DNA of 35,138 nucleotides from a virus: positions 1 through 35,138 of IMG/VR virus record IMGVR_UViG_3300022538_000472, one strand, 5' to 3'. Below, one piece after another: positions 14,134 through 22,157 of this stretch; position 1 is the first letter of the stretch; every line of letters starts with the position of its first letter. Made by a program: the position numbers and the translations under genes. The notes beneath the pieces were generated by a model. It did not search any database and was not told the origin of the DNA. It was given only the letters and a program-made list of their open reading frames with translations.

Positions 14134-16612
14134 AGTTTTAATAGACGCCTGGACGGGATGCTACCGCGAGGGGTGGGGCCGGAATCGATTACGGCCAGCA
14201 TCGTTTGCCCATCCTGCTAAAAACAGTTATGGCCTGTCCGTGCGCATCTACGAGCACGCGCTGGAGGAAGGGTGGATTGAGCCGGGGCAAACTTTGATTG
14301 ACATCTTTGCCGGAGTCGGCGGCTTCGCGCTAGAGGCAATGCGTCACGGCTTGCACTTCGTTGGCATAGAATTAGAGCAGCGTTTTGTCGATATGGGCCA
14401 GGGCTGCGACTGCACCGGCATCAACAAGGCGGACTGGGTGAGGTTCCAAGGTCGGTGGGACAAGATGCGCTATGAGGGCGGGCGCCACTGGTGTCCGCAG
14501 TGCCTGGCACGGGCGGGCGCAGTGACGGGTGAACGGGAATTCAAGCCGCTTCCGCTGCCGGGCACAGAGTGGGCCACTGTCGTCAGGACGCGCCAGGCGT
14601 CATCGTTCGACGCCGTGCCGTCGGCGTCCTACGTGCGCAACAGCGGCGAGATACCGTGCACTGGTGTGCATCACTACCGAGGGAACATAGAGACGTGGGA
14701 GCGGCAGGGCATGGCGGGCAGCGCGGTCATCGTGCAGGGCGACTCGCGGCGGCTGGGCGAGGTGCTGGCGCGGGCTAGTCTCTGCCTATCCAGTCCACCT
14801 TACGGCGGCAACGTTAAATCGGATAGGACGCATGAGCGGCGCGACAAGCGGCGACTGGGTGTTGATTTCACAGGCCGTGGGCGCGGCTGTTTTCGTGGTA
14901 GTGAGTGCTACGGCCAAACCGAAGGCAATCTCGGCAACCTGCCCGACACCGGCTTCGAGGCGGCGTTGGCAATGCCCAGCGTCATTGGTTTCAAAATTAG
15001 ACAGGTTGCAAATCACTACTCTAGAGCACAGGCAGCATGTGAGGCGTGGTTATCCGGCTCTCTGTGGGGAAATCCCATCATCTTTTCGCCTGGCAATATT
15101 CATGTCTATGGTGTGTGGATGCGTGATTGGTCACAATGCTTTGTTCAATTTATGGACAAGAGAATAGTTATTGTAAAGCCAGTCGTCAATTATACTGGTA
15201 GACAGGCGGTGCTGGCTATCTCCTCGCCTCCGTTCCGAGGCGTTGTGCTACACGATGGCGGCCCTGTCCAGCAACAAGGCGGTGAGTTGCACAGCGATTA
15301 TGGCTCCGAACCTGGTCAACTGGCGCAGATGCCAGAGGGCGAGCTGACAGAGGTTGTCAAGTATGGCGTTGGGCAGTATGGCGAGCGATGGCAGGATGTA
15401 CTCGCCGCCCTGCCCGAAGGCGACCATGCGGAGGCTTGCGAGCGGCCTGTTTGCGCGATTTCCTCGCCTCCGTGGCAAGGCGCAGATCAGCGCGGATGTC
15501 CAGAGAGTAAATGGCAGTTGATGCAAGCAGCAGCCCGCGATGGCAAGGGGCATTCATCTACTCACCTGCCACCATCTATGGGCATAGACTACGGCAATGA
15601 AGAAGGGCAACTCGGCGCGATGCCCCCCGGCGACCACGCGGCGGCGCTGGAAGCGGAGGAACCTAAACTTGTAACCCTGGGAAATTATGGTATAATGTCC
15701 AGTAAAATGGAGGTTATACAATGCCAAACTATTGCGAAGATTGCGGAAAATCAATATCGAGACGTGCCAGATGTTGCAAGCCATGTAGCAAAAAACATGT
15801 CAGCGAAACACTCAAAGGACGTAAAAAGCCAGAGGGATTTGGAGCCAAAATTGCGGCAGCCAGATTCAACACCCCAATGCCTAATTGCTGGGGAGAAACC
15901 CATCCTCATTGGAAAGGCGGAAGTGTTCGCTGGCGAGGATACGCTTGGCAAGTCAAGCGCCGTGCAGCCCTTAAGCGAGATGGGCACAAATGTATCAAGT
16001 GCGGTTCCACAAATTATCTCCAGGTTCACCACAAAAAAGGCAGATCAGAGACAGATGGAACCTGGGACAACGAACTTGACAACCTCGAAACCCTGTGTGC
16101 TACCTGTCACCTTGCCCTGCACCGCCCCTCCGACTTTAAGGCCACTTGCCCAGTATGTGGAAAAGAACACCGAGCAGGATCATGGAACGCTTGTTGCTCA
16201 GAAGAATGCAGAAGGAAATCTAAGTTGCGTGCCAAGCGGAAATTCGACGCAAAAGCAAAAAGAGACTCTCAGCACATTTTGGGCCGCCAGCAGGCAGCTA
16301 CTGGAGCAGGTCTACCAGGTGCTCGCGCCGGGAGGTCACGCGATTTTCGTCTGCAAACGATTTGTACGCAATAAGGAGATAGTTGACTTCCCGCTACAAT
16401 GGGCGCGTCTCTGTGAGGCCGTCGGGTTCACCTGGATTCACCACCATAAGGCGTGGCTGGTGGAGGACAGGGGGGCGCAGCATACGCTGGAGGGGGGACT
16501 GGAAAAACGAGTGGTCAAGAGGCTTTCCTTCTTCCGCCGCTTGCACTCGCAGAAGTATCCGCATCTAGAGATACTTTACGAGGATGTACTCTGTTTTGTC
16601 AAGGAGGCATGA
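14126..16612 (+). CDS. DNA amino-methyltransferase (N4-C/N6-A) with repeated SPP modules and large insertions
   Basis: HPAK, motif I IDIFAGVGG, GIELE, QGDSR, motif IV SSPPY (also SSPPF and SSPPW), and FW...QVYQVLAPGG. Confidence 0.85.
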   Translation: MGEVLIDAWTGCYREGWGRNRLRPASFAHPAKNSYGLSVRIYEHALEEGWIEPGQTLIDIFAGVGGFALEAMRHGLHFVGIELEQRFVDMGQGCDCTGINKADWVRFQGRWDKMRYEGGRHWCPQCLARAGAVTGEREFKPLPLPGTEWATVVRTRQASSFDAVPSASYVRNSGEIPCTGVHHYRGNIETWERQGMAGSAVIVQGDSRRLGEVLARASLCLSSPPYGGNVKSDRTHERRDKRRLGVDFTGRGRGCFRGSECYGQTEGNLGNLPDTGFEAALAMPSVIGFKIRQVANHYSRAQAACEAWLSGSLWGNPIIFSPGNIHVYGVWMRDWSQCFVQFMDKRIVIVKPVVNYTGRQAVLAISSPPFRGVVLHDGGPVQQQGGELHSDYGSEPGQLAQMPEGELTEVVKYGVGQYGERWQDVLAALPEGDHAEACERPVCAISSPPWQGADQRGCPESKWQLMQAAARDGKGHSSTHLPPSMGIDYGNEEGQLGAMPPGDHAAALEAEEPKLVTLGNYGIMSSKMEVIQCQTIAKIAENQYRDVPDVASHVAKNMSAKHSKDVKSQRDLEPKLRQPDSTPQCLIAGEKPILIGKAEVFAGEDTLGKSSAVQPLSEMGTNVSSAVPQIISRFTTKKADQRQMEPGTTNLTTSKPCVLPVTLPCTAPPTLRPLAQYVEKNTEQDHGTLVAQKNAEGNLSCVPSGNSTQKQKETLSTFWAASRQLLEQVYQVLAPGGHAIFVCKRFVRNKEIVDFPLQWARLCEAVGFTWIHHHKAWLVEDRGAQHTLEGGLEKRVVKRLSFFRRLHSQKYPHLEILYEDVLCFVKEA
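15669..15716 (+). promoter_or_regulatory. Internal promoter and RBS for the nested HNH gene
   Basis: TTGTAA(15669)-16nt-TATAAT(15691) with TG, then GGAGGT just before ATG 15721. Confidence 0.7.
15721..16374 (+). CDS. HNH endonuclease with zinc ribbons, nested out of frame inside the methyltransferase gene
   Basis: CEDCG...C..C; HPHWKGG; RDGHKCIKCG...LQVHH...N..DNLETLCATCH..LH; CPVCG...CS.EC. Has its own SD. Confidence 0.9.
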   Translation: MPNYCEDCGKSISRRARCCKPCSKKHVSETLKGRKKPEGFGAKIAAARFNTPMPNCWGETHPHWKGGSVRWRGYAWQVKRRAALKRDGHKCIKCGSTNYLQVHHKKGRSETDGTWDNELDNLETLCATCHLALHRPSDFKATCPVCGKEHRAGSWNACCSEECRRKSKLRAKRKFDAKAKRDSQHILGRQQAATGAGLPGARAGRSRDFRLQTICTQ

Positions 16613-16974
16613 TGTACTACATTTTGGACGGCAAAGACCCGATAGAAGAGCCCGACGTTCTCACCTGGGCACGCTGGTTCGAGACGGCGGACAGGATAGT
16701 CGAGCAGACAAGCCTCAGTCAAGGAGTCAGAGTGTCGACCGTATTCCTTGGCCTCAATCACCGATTCGTCGGCGGAGGCCCCCCGCTGCTGTTTGAGACG
16801 ATGGTATTCGGCGGCGAGCGCGACGGCGCACAGTGGCGCTACTCAACATGGGACGAGGCGGTGATGGGACACGACGCAGCGGTGGGTGGATTGGACAGGT
16901 GGTCCTTGAGCCGCTTGCTCCGGTGGCTGCGCCGATCGTGGAGCGGCCTCAGGGGGCGTTTTGATGCCGCGTAG
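16609..16974 (+). CDS. Conserved phage hypothetical protein
   Basis: AAGGAGG SD and ATGA overlap; VSTVFLG..H.F..GPPLLFETMVFGG...RYSTW.EA..GH motif that I recognise from phage hypothetical proteins. Confidence 0.7.
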   Translation: MMYYILDGKDPIEEPDVLTWARWFETADRIVEQTSLSQGVRVSTVFLGLNHRFVGGGPPLLFETMVFGGERDGAQWRYSTWDEAVMGHDAAVGGLDRWSLSRLLRWLRRSWSGLRGRFDAA

Positions 16975-17098
16975 GTGCATCAAGACGCTGCTGGTCTGGA
17001 TGTTGTGCGCGATCATCAGCATCGCCATCGTCTGGTTTGTGCCGGTGCTGCTGTGCGACATCTGGCGGCTGGAGTGCGCAATCTGCCGCTGACGCGAC

Positions 17099-17446
17099 GT
17101 GAATAACGCGATTCCCGACGCCGTGCGCAGCGAGATTCTGCGACTCGACATGCACGACGTGCCGGTCGAGGAGATAGTGCGGCGGACGGGCGTCAAGTGC
17201 TCCACGGTCTCTGCCATCATAAATCGCACGCGGGGCTGGCTAAAGGAGCAGTGGAGGGGGGACATCGTGCTGCTCTATGATCCAGCGGGGACATTCAAGC
17301 CCGGCGCGAGGTTTAACCATGACGATCTAAATGCGATGGCCAGACTCAGCGGCTTGCTCGACGGCACGCTGTTTGAGGTCGCGCGGCGCGACGGGAGCAC
17401 GTACCGCGCTGTGGTGAGAGGTGGAGAACTGGTGAGATGCCAATGA
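17099..17446 (+). CDS. Hypothetical protein with N-terminal HTH-like segment
   Basis: EEIVRRTGVKCSTVSAII; GTG start without a clear SD. Confidence 0.5.
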   Translation: MNNAIPDAVRSEILRLDMHDVPVEEIVRRTGVKCSTVSAIINRTRGWLKEQWRGDIVLLYDPAGTFKPGARFNHDDLNAMARLSGLLDGTLFEVARRDGSTYRAVVRGGELVRCQ

Positions 17447-17931
17447 TGCAACTACAACTAAAACAACCTAATGCAGAGGATGTCAACTACTGGAAAACAA
17501 GTAGGTCATCTCCAGATACGTGGATGGACAAGACGAAGCGCCAAATTGAGCATCTTGGCGGTCAGGTGCTGATGGAAGGTTTCGGCAGTGAGCCGATAAC
17601 TGGACGAGCGGCATTCATGCTGGCATTTAGGATAGGCACTGATCAATTCAAAGTTGTTTGGCCTGTGTTGTCAAGCAAAGGTGGCAATGAGAGAGCCGCA
17701 AGAGTTCAGGCGGCCACTATGTTATATCACGATGTCAAAGCCAAGTGCATCTCAGCCGCCGTGCTGGGCACACGCGCTGCCTTTTTCTCATTCCTGCTAC
17801 TGCCAGATGGTAGGACAACTGCTGAGGTGTCCACACCCGAATTGATACAGGTCATACCAGAATTGTTTGCGCCTGCAACACCACGGTTGAACACGGGGGA
17901 CATTCTGGAAGGTGAGTACAATGATAATTGA
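17437..17931 (+). CDS. Hypothetical phage protein
   Basis: 164-aa ORF tightly packed in the operon; plausible globular composition. Confidence 0.7.
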   Translation: MPMMQLQLKQPNAEDVNYWKTSRSSPDTWMDKTKRQIEHLGGQVLMEGFGSEPITGRAAFMLAFRIGTDQFKVVWPVLSSKGGNERAARVQAATMLYHDVKAKCISAAVLGTRAAFFSFLLLPDGRTTAEVSTPELIQVIPELFAPATPRLNTGDILEGEYNDN

Positions 17932-17952
17932 TCATCAGAAAATGGAGTGTCA

Positions 17953-18042
17953 ATGACACAAGTGAAGATTGCAGAAGCACCATGCATCTACAATGTACCA
18001 CACCTAACCTGGCGTTCTCACCAGTGGGAGATAATGCCATGA
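17953..18042 (+). pseudogene. Remnant of a helicase N-terminus (29 codons)
   Basis: GGAG SD; MTQVKIAEAPCIYNVPHLTWRSHQWEIMP* aligns by eye with the helicase start PSDFGLPHETFRKYQLETI. Its first 33 nt recur at 18342. Confidence 0.55.
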
Positions 18043-18086
18043 CATCTATCTCTAATACCGCCCATGCCGATAAAAAGAGGAGTCAA

Positions 18087-18329
18087 ATGGATGCCAATAA
18101 AATGAGAGCAAATCGAATGAATGAAAACGCACTTATTAAACTACGTGATTACATTGACGAGGCAATCAACTGTTCGCATGCTGTGCGTGGAATAGAAGCA
18201 GATGAACATTATGGCTCATCTGCTGAACAGAAAAAAGCAGAAATCCTACTGTACCAGAGAAAAGAGTACGCTTGGCGTGAATTTACTGAAGCCCTGGAAA
18301 GGGTCGGAGAATCATCTATTCAAGGATGA
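18087..18329 (+). CDS. Hypothetical protein
   Basis: GAGGAG SD before ATG 18087, in the frame of ORF 17928..18329. Confidence 0.55.
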   Translation: MDANKMRANRMNENALIKLRDYIDEAINCSHAVRGIEADEHYGSSAEQKKAEILLYQRKEYAWREFTEALERVGESSIQG

Positions 18330-18374
18330 AAGGTTGAAACGATGACACAAGTAAAAATTGCAGAAGCACCCTGC

Positions 18375-18531
18375 TTGACTACAAGCCAATCCCATGGTAT
18401 CATGTCAGTTGCCTATGGCCCACCACAATCGGCTGGCGGCAGATTGGAGACTCCCTTTTGACGTAGTCTCCACGCCTGAGCCCGGCGGCTCGATTGTGGA
18501 GGCTGTGGAGATTACGTCAAAGGGGAGTTTT
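18375..18531 (+). promoter_or_regulatory. Sigma70 promoter plus structured leader sequestering the LAGLIDADG RBS
   Basis: TTGACT(18375)-17nt-TATCAT(18398) with TG. Helix 18423-18431/18491-18499 and ~26-bp helix 18448-18473/18505-18530 covering GGGGAG. Confidence 0.8.
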
Positions 18532-19161
18532 GTGTTCCAGAAACGACTGGGATTTGATTTTCAGATAAACGACGATCTTGGACATTGGCTTGCTGGTTTT
18601 GTGGATGGTGAGGGAGCATTCATGATTCATCCTGTGATTAGGAAACGAGGCTATATTAGAAAGGATGGTAGCAGTCAAGAGTCCCATGAATGCGATGTAA
18701 AATTTCAGATCAAATTGCGCGTCGATGATATTCAAATCCTACAAGAGATTAAGAAACATCTAGCATGCGGCAAAGTCATAGTCTGTCAGAGAAGTAAATC
18801 AAAAGGTGGATTTGAGAACACGAAGCCTGTTGCCATATATCTTGTAACTGTTTACTCTGATCTCTATAACATCATAGTACCCCTGTTTGAGAAATATCCC
18901 CTGCGAGCAAAGAAAGCACAAGATTTTGAAATCTGGAAGGATGCCGTTGCAATTGCCTACCAAGCCAAACTTTCTTCTCGTTCCATGAAACTTAGACAAC
19001 GTGCATTATCTGATTCACAGTGGTCATCTTTTGTTGAGATTGCAGAAAGACTACGCAAGACTCGTGAGTTTGATGAATCACATTTAGAATCTTATCTTGA
19101 AACAGTACCTAAGTCCCAATGGGATCCCAGTTTAAGAGAGAGATACAATGATACCAAGTGA
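18532..19161 (+). CDS. Single-motif LAGLIDADG homing endonuclease
   Basis: WLAGFVDGEGAF, F.IKLR.DD..IL..I...L.CG, IVPLFEKYPL..KK..DF..W. Start reassigned to GTG 18532. Confidence 0.9.
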   Translation: MFQKRLGFDFQINDDLGHWLAGFVDGEGAFMIHPVIRKRGYIRKDGSSQESHECDVKFQIKLRVDDIQILQEIKKHLACGKVIVCQRSKSKGGFENTKPVAIYLVTVYSDLYNIIVPLFEKYPLRAKKAQDFEIWKDAVAIAYQAKLSSRSMKLRQRALSDSQWSSFVEIAERLRKTREFDESHLESYLETVPKSQWDPSLRERYNDTK

Positions 19162-20755
19162 TTTTGGACTACCTCACGAAACTTTCAGGAAGTACCAATT
19201 AGAGACCATACAGTGGGCTCTAGGAATCAAGACTGTTGGAGTTCTTGAAGCACCAACAGGATCAGGAAAGACGGCAACTGCCTGTGCTGCCTCCAGTCGC
19301 AAAAGCGTTATAGCCCTCTGTGAGACAAAATTCTTGCAGGAAAGCACATACTCCAACGACTATGGATTCGCGGCTATCTACGGTAGAGGTAACTACCTGT
19401 GTGCTCATCCCAAGGGACGCGGCCTGACCTGCGCTGAATGCCTCTTTGCTGATGAAGGTATGCGCAAATGTCCTTATGCTTGCCCCTATCTTGTAGCAAA
19501 GGCACGGGCCATAGCATCTCCAAAAGCATCATTGAACTACCCTTATTGGCTCACGTCGAAAGGCTGGCGCACAAATCATGCGCCTGCCATGTTGATTTTG
19601 GACGAAGCACACAGGGTTCCAGATATTATAACAGGATGGACAGGGGCATCCATCACCGACAAACACCGCCTTGACTGGCAACTGCCTACCTTCCCGCGCA
19701 TCACCGCTCAGGGCAAGGGCATGTTCGTCAACACTGACAATGACCCAGTGGCAGATGCTATAGGCTGGCTAGAGGCAGCACGTACTACACTAGGTCAGCA
19801 CTGCACTAGATTGAAACGGGAAGCCAAAGGTGATACTGAGTCTGCACGTAAGGCCCGCAAGAGACTTATGAAATGCGAGCGCCTGGGCCACAAACTACGA
19901 ACCACGCTCGACGCACTAAAGTCATCACCAGATGATTGGTTCATTCGCAGCGGTAGAGATGCATTGCAGTTTGGCAAAGACAAGCGCCCTGGATTCGTGG
20001 CAAAGCCGCTGACTGCCAGGCACCATTTTAAGGACTATTTCCTAGACGGCTATACGACGCTCATGATGAGCGCCACTATTGGAGACGCGGGAACGTTCGC
20101 AGCAGAGTGCGGAGTGAAGGAATATGATTCGCGAGTAGTGCCACATCGGTTCGCGCCAGAAGACCGCCTTGTACTTTCGTTGGATGTATCAGGGATGGGT
20201 CGCAAGGCCACAAATGCAGACTTTGAGCACCAGGCAGATGCAATAGCGCGTGCTGTGAAGTCGGTTGACTCTGCCTGGAGTGGATTGGTCCTCGTTTCTC
20301 GAAAACGCGAGGCACGACTACTGGCCGACCGTCTGGCGCACCGTGGCTTGCAGGATAGAATCTTTGTACCGCCAGGGTGGGGAAATGAGACAACGGCAAC
20401 TAATAAACAGTTGCAGGCATGGGAGAATCGCAAGCGACAGACGCCAAACTCACTTTGCGTGACATGGGCATTTTGGCAAGGCTTCGACGGTCGGGATGAA
20501 CGTATCTGCATAGTCGCTAAGGCCCCCTTCCCATTTATCGGCAGTGCCTTTGAGCGAGCACGGATGAAGTACAGCGGGAAGATGTTCTTGCAAAGAACCG
20601 CGTGGGGCTTGGAGCAAGGTTTGGGGCGTACACGGCGGGGTCGCGATGAGGACTACGGCCCTGGTACTGGCTTGGTGGCGATTGCAGATCGTAACTGGCG
20701 GCGCGTGCGGAAGTATCTGAGCCAAGCAACTAGAGATGCAATAGTGGAGGATTGA
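19148..20755 (+). CDS. DinG/Rad3-like superfamily 2 helicase
   Basis: Q motif FRKYQ, EAPTGSGKT, GRGNYLC with Cys cluster, LILDEAH, MSAT, QGFDG, KAPFP, QGLGRTRR. Confidence 0.9.
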   Translation: MIPSDFGLPHETFRKYQLETIQWALGIKTVGVLEAPTGSGKTATACAASSRKSVIALCETKFLQESTYSNDYGFAAIYGRGNYLCAHPKGRGLTCAECLFADEGMRKCPYACPYLVAKARAIASPKASLNYPYWLTSKGWRTNHAPAMLILDEAHRVPDIITGWTGASITDKHRLDWQLPTFPRITAQGKGMFVNTDNDPVADAIGWLEAARTTLGQHCTRLKREAKGDTESARKARKRLMKCERLGHKLRTTLDALKSSPDDWFIRSGRDALQFGKDKRPGFVAKPLTARHHFKDYFLDGYTTLMMSATIGDAGTFAAECGVKEYDSRVVPHRFAPEDRLVLSLDVSGMGRKATNADFEHQADAIARAVKSVDSAWSGLVLVSRKREARLLADRLAHRGLQDRIFVPPGWGNETTATNKQLQAWENRKRQTPNSLCVTWAFWQGFDGRDERICIVAKAPFPFIGSAFERARMKYSGKMFLQRTAWGLEQGLGRTRRGRDEDYGPGTGLVAIADRNWRRVRKYLSQATRDAIVED

Positions 20756-20756
20756 A

Positions 20757-21101
20757 GTGAAACCAAAGACCGAAACCCCTGAGCGAGTTCTGTTCATTGA
20801 GTTCGCGACCAGCGAGTACTATGAAGGACTCAAGCCCTTCGCCTTTGCAACTTCTGGCAACCGGCGCTACGATGTGGACTATGATCCAAGGAATGAGGTG
20901 CTGGTCTATCGCTGCTGTGCCTATGGTAGATTCTATCCGTTCTGTTATTTGGAGAATGCCAAACACCAGTATTGGGCAGACGAGGATATCATTATAGTTA
21001 CAAACAGTGGAAAAACAGCACCGCCAGAGAATAGGGTAGGATTGCCAGAAGAGTACAAAGGTAGATTTGACGAGTGGCCTGATATGGTTGAGGAAGTGTA
21101 A
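20757..21101 (+). CDS. Hypothetical protein
   Basis: GGAGG SD; GTG start immediately after the helicase. Confidence 0.65.
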   Translation: MKPKTETPERVLFIEFATSEYYEGLKPFAFATSGNRRYDVDYDPRNEVLVYRCCAYGRFYPFCYLENAKHQYWADEDIIIVTNSGKTAPPENRVGLPEEYKGRFDEWPDMVEEV

Positions 21102-21144
21102 TGAGTAATTGGCAGATCGAGTGCAAGGATGTGATGAAAAGTTA

Positions 21145-21846
21145 TTAACATGATGCTACTATTTGAGACAATTTAAGTTCCCAGTAATTTCTATGATAAT
21201 TGGTTTTTCCATGGCAAGTGGTACAGAGAGTTATACAATTGTTTTCTACTGTGTGCTCTTTAATATAATCAATATGATGTACTTGGTTACCAAATTCACC
21301 ACACAGTGCACAAGTATAACCATCCCGTGTACGTATTTTCTCTTTAAAAGCGTTGTTAAAAGTCTCAGGATAAGGCTCAAAGGAAGTGCCACCATTCCAG
21401 GCTGGGTTTCTCTCACCTTGATGAGCAATGCCTCTACACTGGAGAGAACAATACTTCCCATATCCCTTTTCAAGAGCTTCTCGACTAATATGTCTTCTAA
21501 ATTCGCGCCCACAAATTTGGCATATCCACTTTGGTGGCCCCCCTTTCCATCGAGGATTGTTTATTCCACAAATATAATGCGAATGATACTTATCAGCACA
21601 TTCACGGGAACAAAACTGACATACTAGACGGATTTCTCGACCCAGTAGACGCCCGCAAAACTTACAGTTCCTTTTTGGTCTTGATTGCCAGTGAGGATTG
21701 CCCTTACCTTTAAAAAGCCTAGAACGGCGTTGCTTGTAGCATTTTTTTGAACAACACTTGTTGGGACTTTTTCTCAACTCAGAAGGATAAACATAAAACA
21801 GTTTTTGGCATTCGGGGCATTGTGTTAGTATCATCACTAATTTCAT
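21145..21846 (-). CDS. HNH endonuclease with repeated zinc-ribbon modules
   Basis: Three C..C...CS..C modules each followed by NP.W; RDGYTCALCG...VHHIDY.K...NCITLCTTCH.KTN. Start moved to ATG 21846, downstream of the leader. Confidence 0.9.
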   Translation of the reverse strand: MKLVMILTQCPECQKLFYVYPSELRKSPNKCCSKKCYKQRRSRLFKGKGNPHWQSRPKRNCKFCGRLLGREIRLVCQFCSRECADKYHSHYICGINNPRWKGGPPKWICQICGREFRRHISREALEKGYGKYCSLQCRGIAHQGERNPAWNGGTSFEPYPETFNNAFKEKIRTRDGYTCALCGEFGNQVHHIDYIKEHTVENNCITLCTTCHGKTNYHRNYWELKLSQIVASC

Positions 21847-21860
21847 CCTGGGAAACAGGA

Positions 21861-22002
21861 GACCCCTAAACCCATGGCGGCTTCTGCTTAGGGAGCCAAC
21901 GGAGGGCATAGGGGTCATGGGAACGAAAAAATCCGCCTGTATCCGGTTACGTTATGCTCCCTAAGCGCCCTACATTTTATCACAGAGACTTAGAATTGTC
22001 AA
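21861..22002 (-). promoter_or_regulatory. Sigma70 promoter plus structured leader for the antisense HNH
   Basis: Minus strand TTGACA(22002)-17nt-TAAAAT(21979) with TG. Perfect 11-bp inverted repeat 21956-21966/21886-21896 and second helix 21904-21916/21861-21873. Confidence 0.75.
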
Positions 22003-22157
22003 ATGACCAAGGAATACTGTACCATCGGCGAGGCGCGGCTAGAATTCTGGTCTCAATTCAACTCCTACGAAGCCGCTATGGAAGCCGCCCGAAACATCCA
22101 ACAGTCCCACCGTAAACAGGAAGCCCAAGTGCAAAGCGGCCAACTCAAATTATCCCT

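Noticed and set aside
14126-16612. Intein or group I intron explaining the long methyltransferase
   Set aside because: I saw no C/S...HN-C/S/T splice junction motifs or recognisable intron core by eye. A covariance-model search is still needed to exclude an intron fully.
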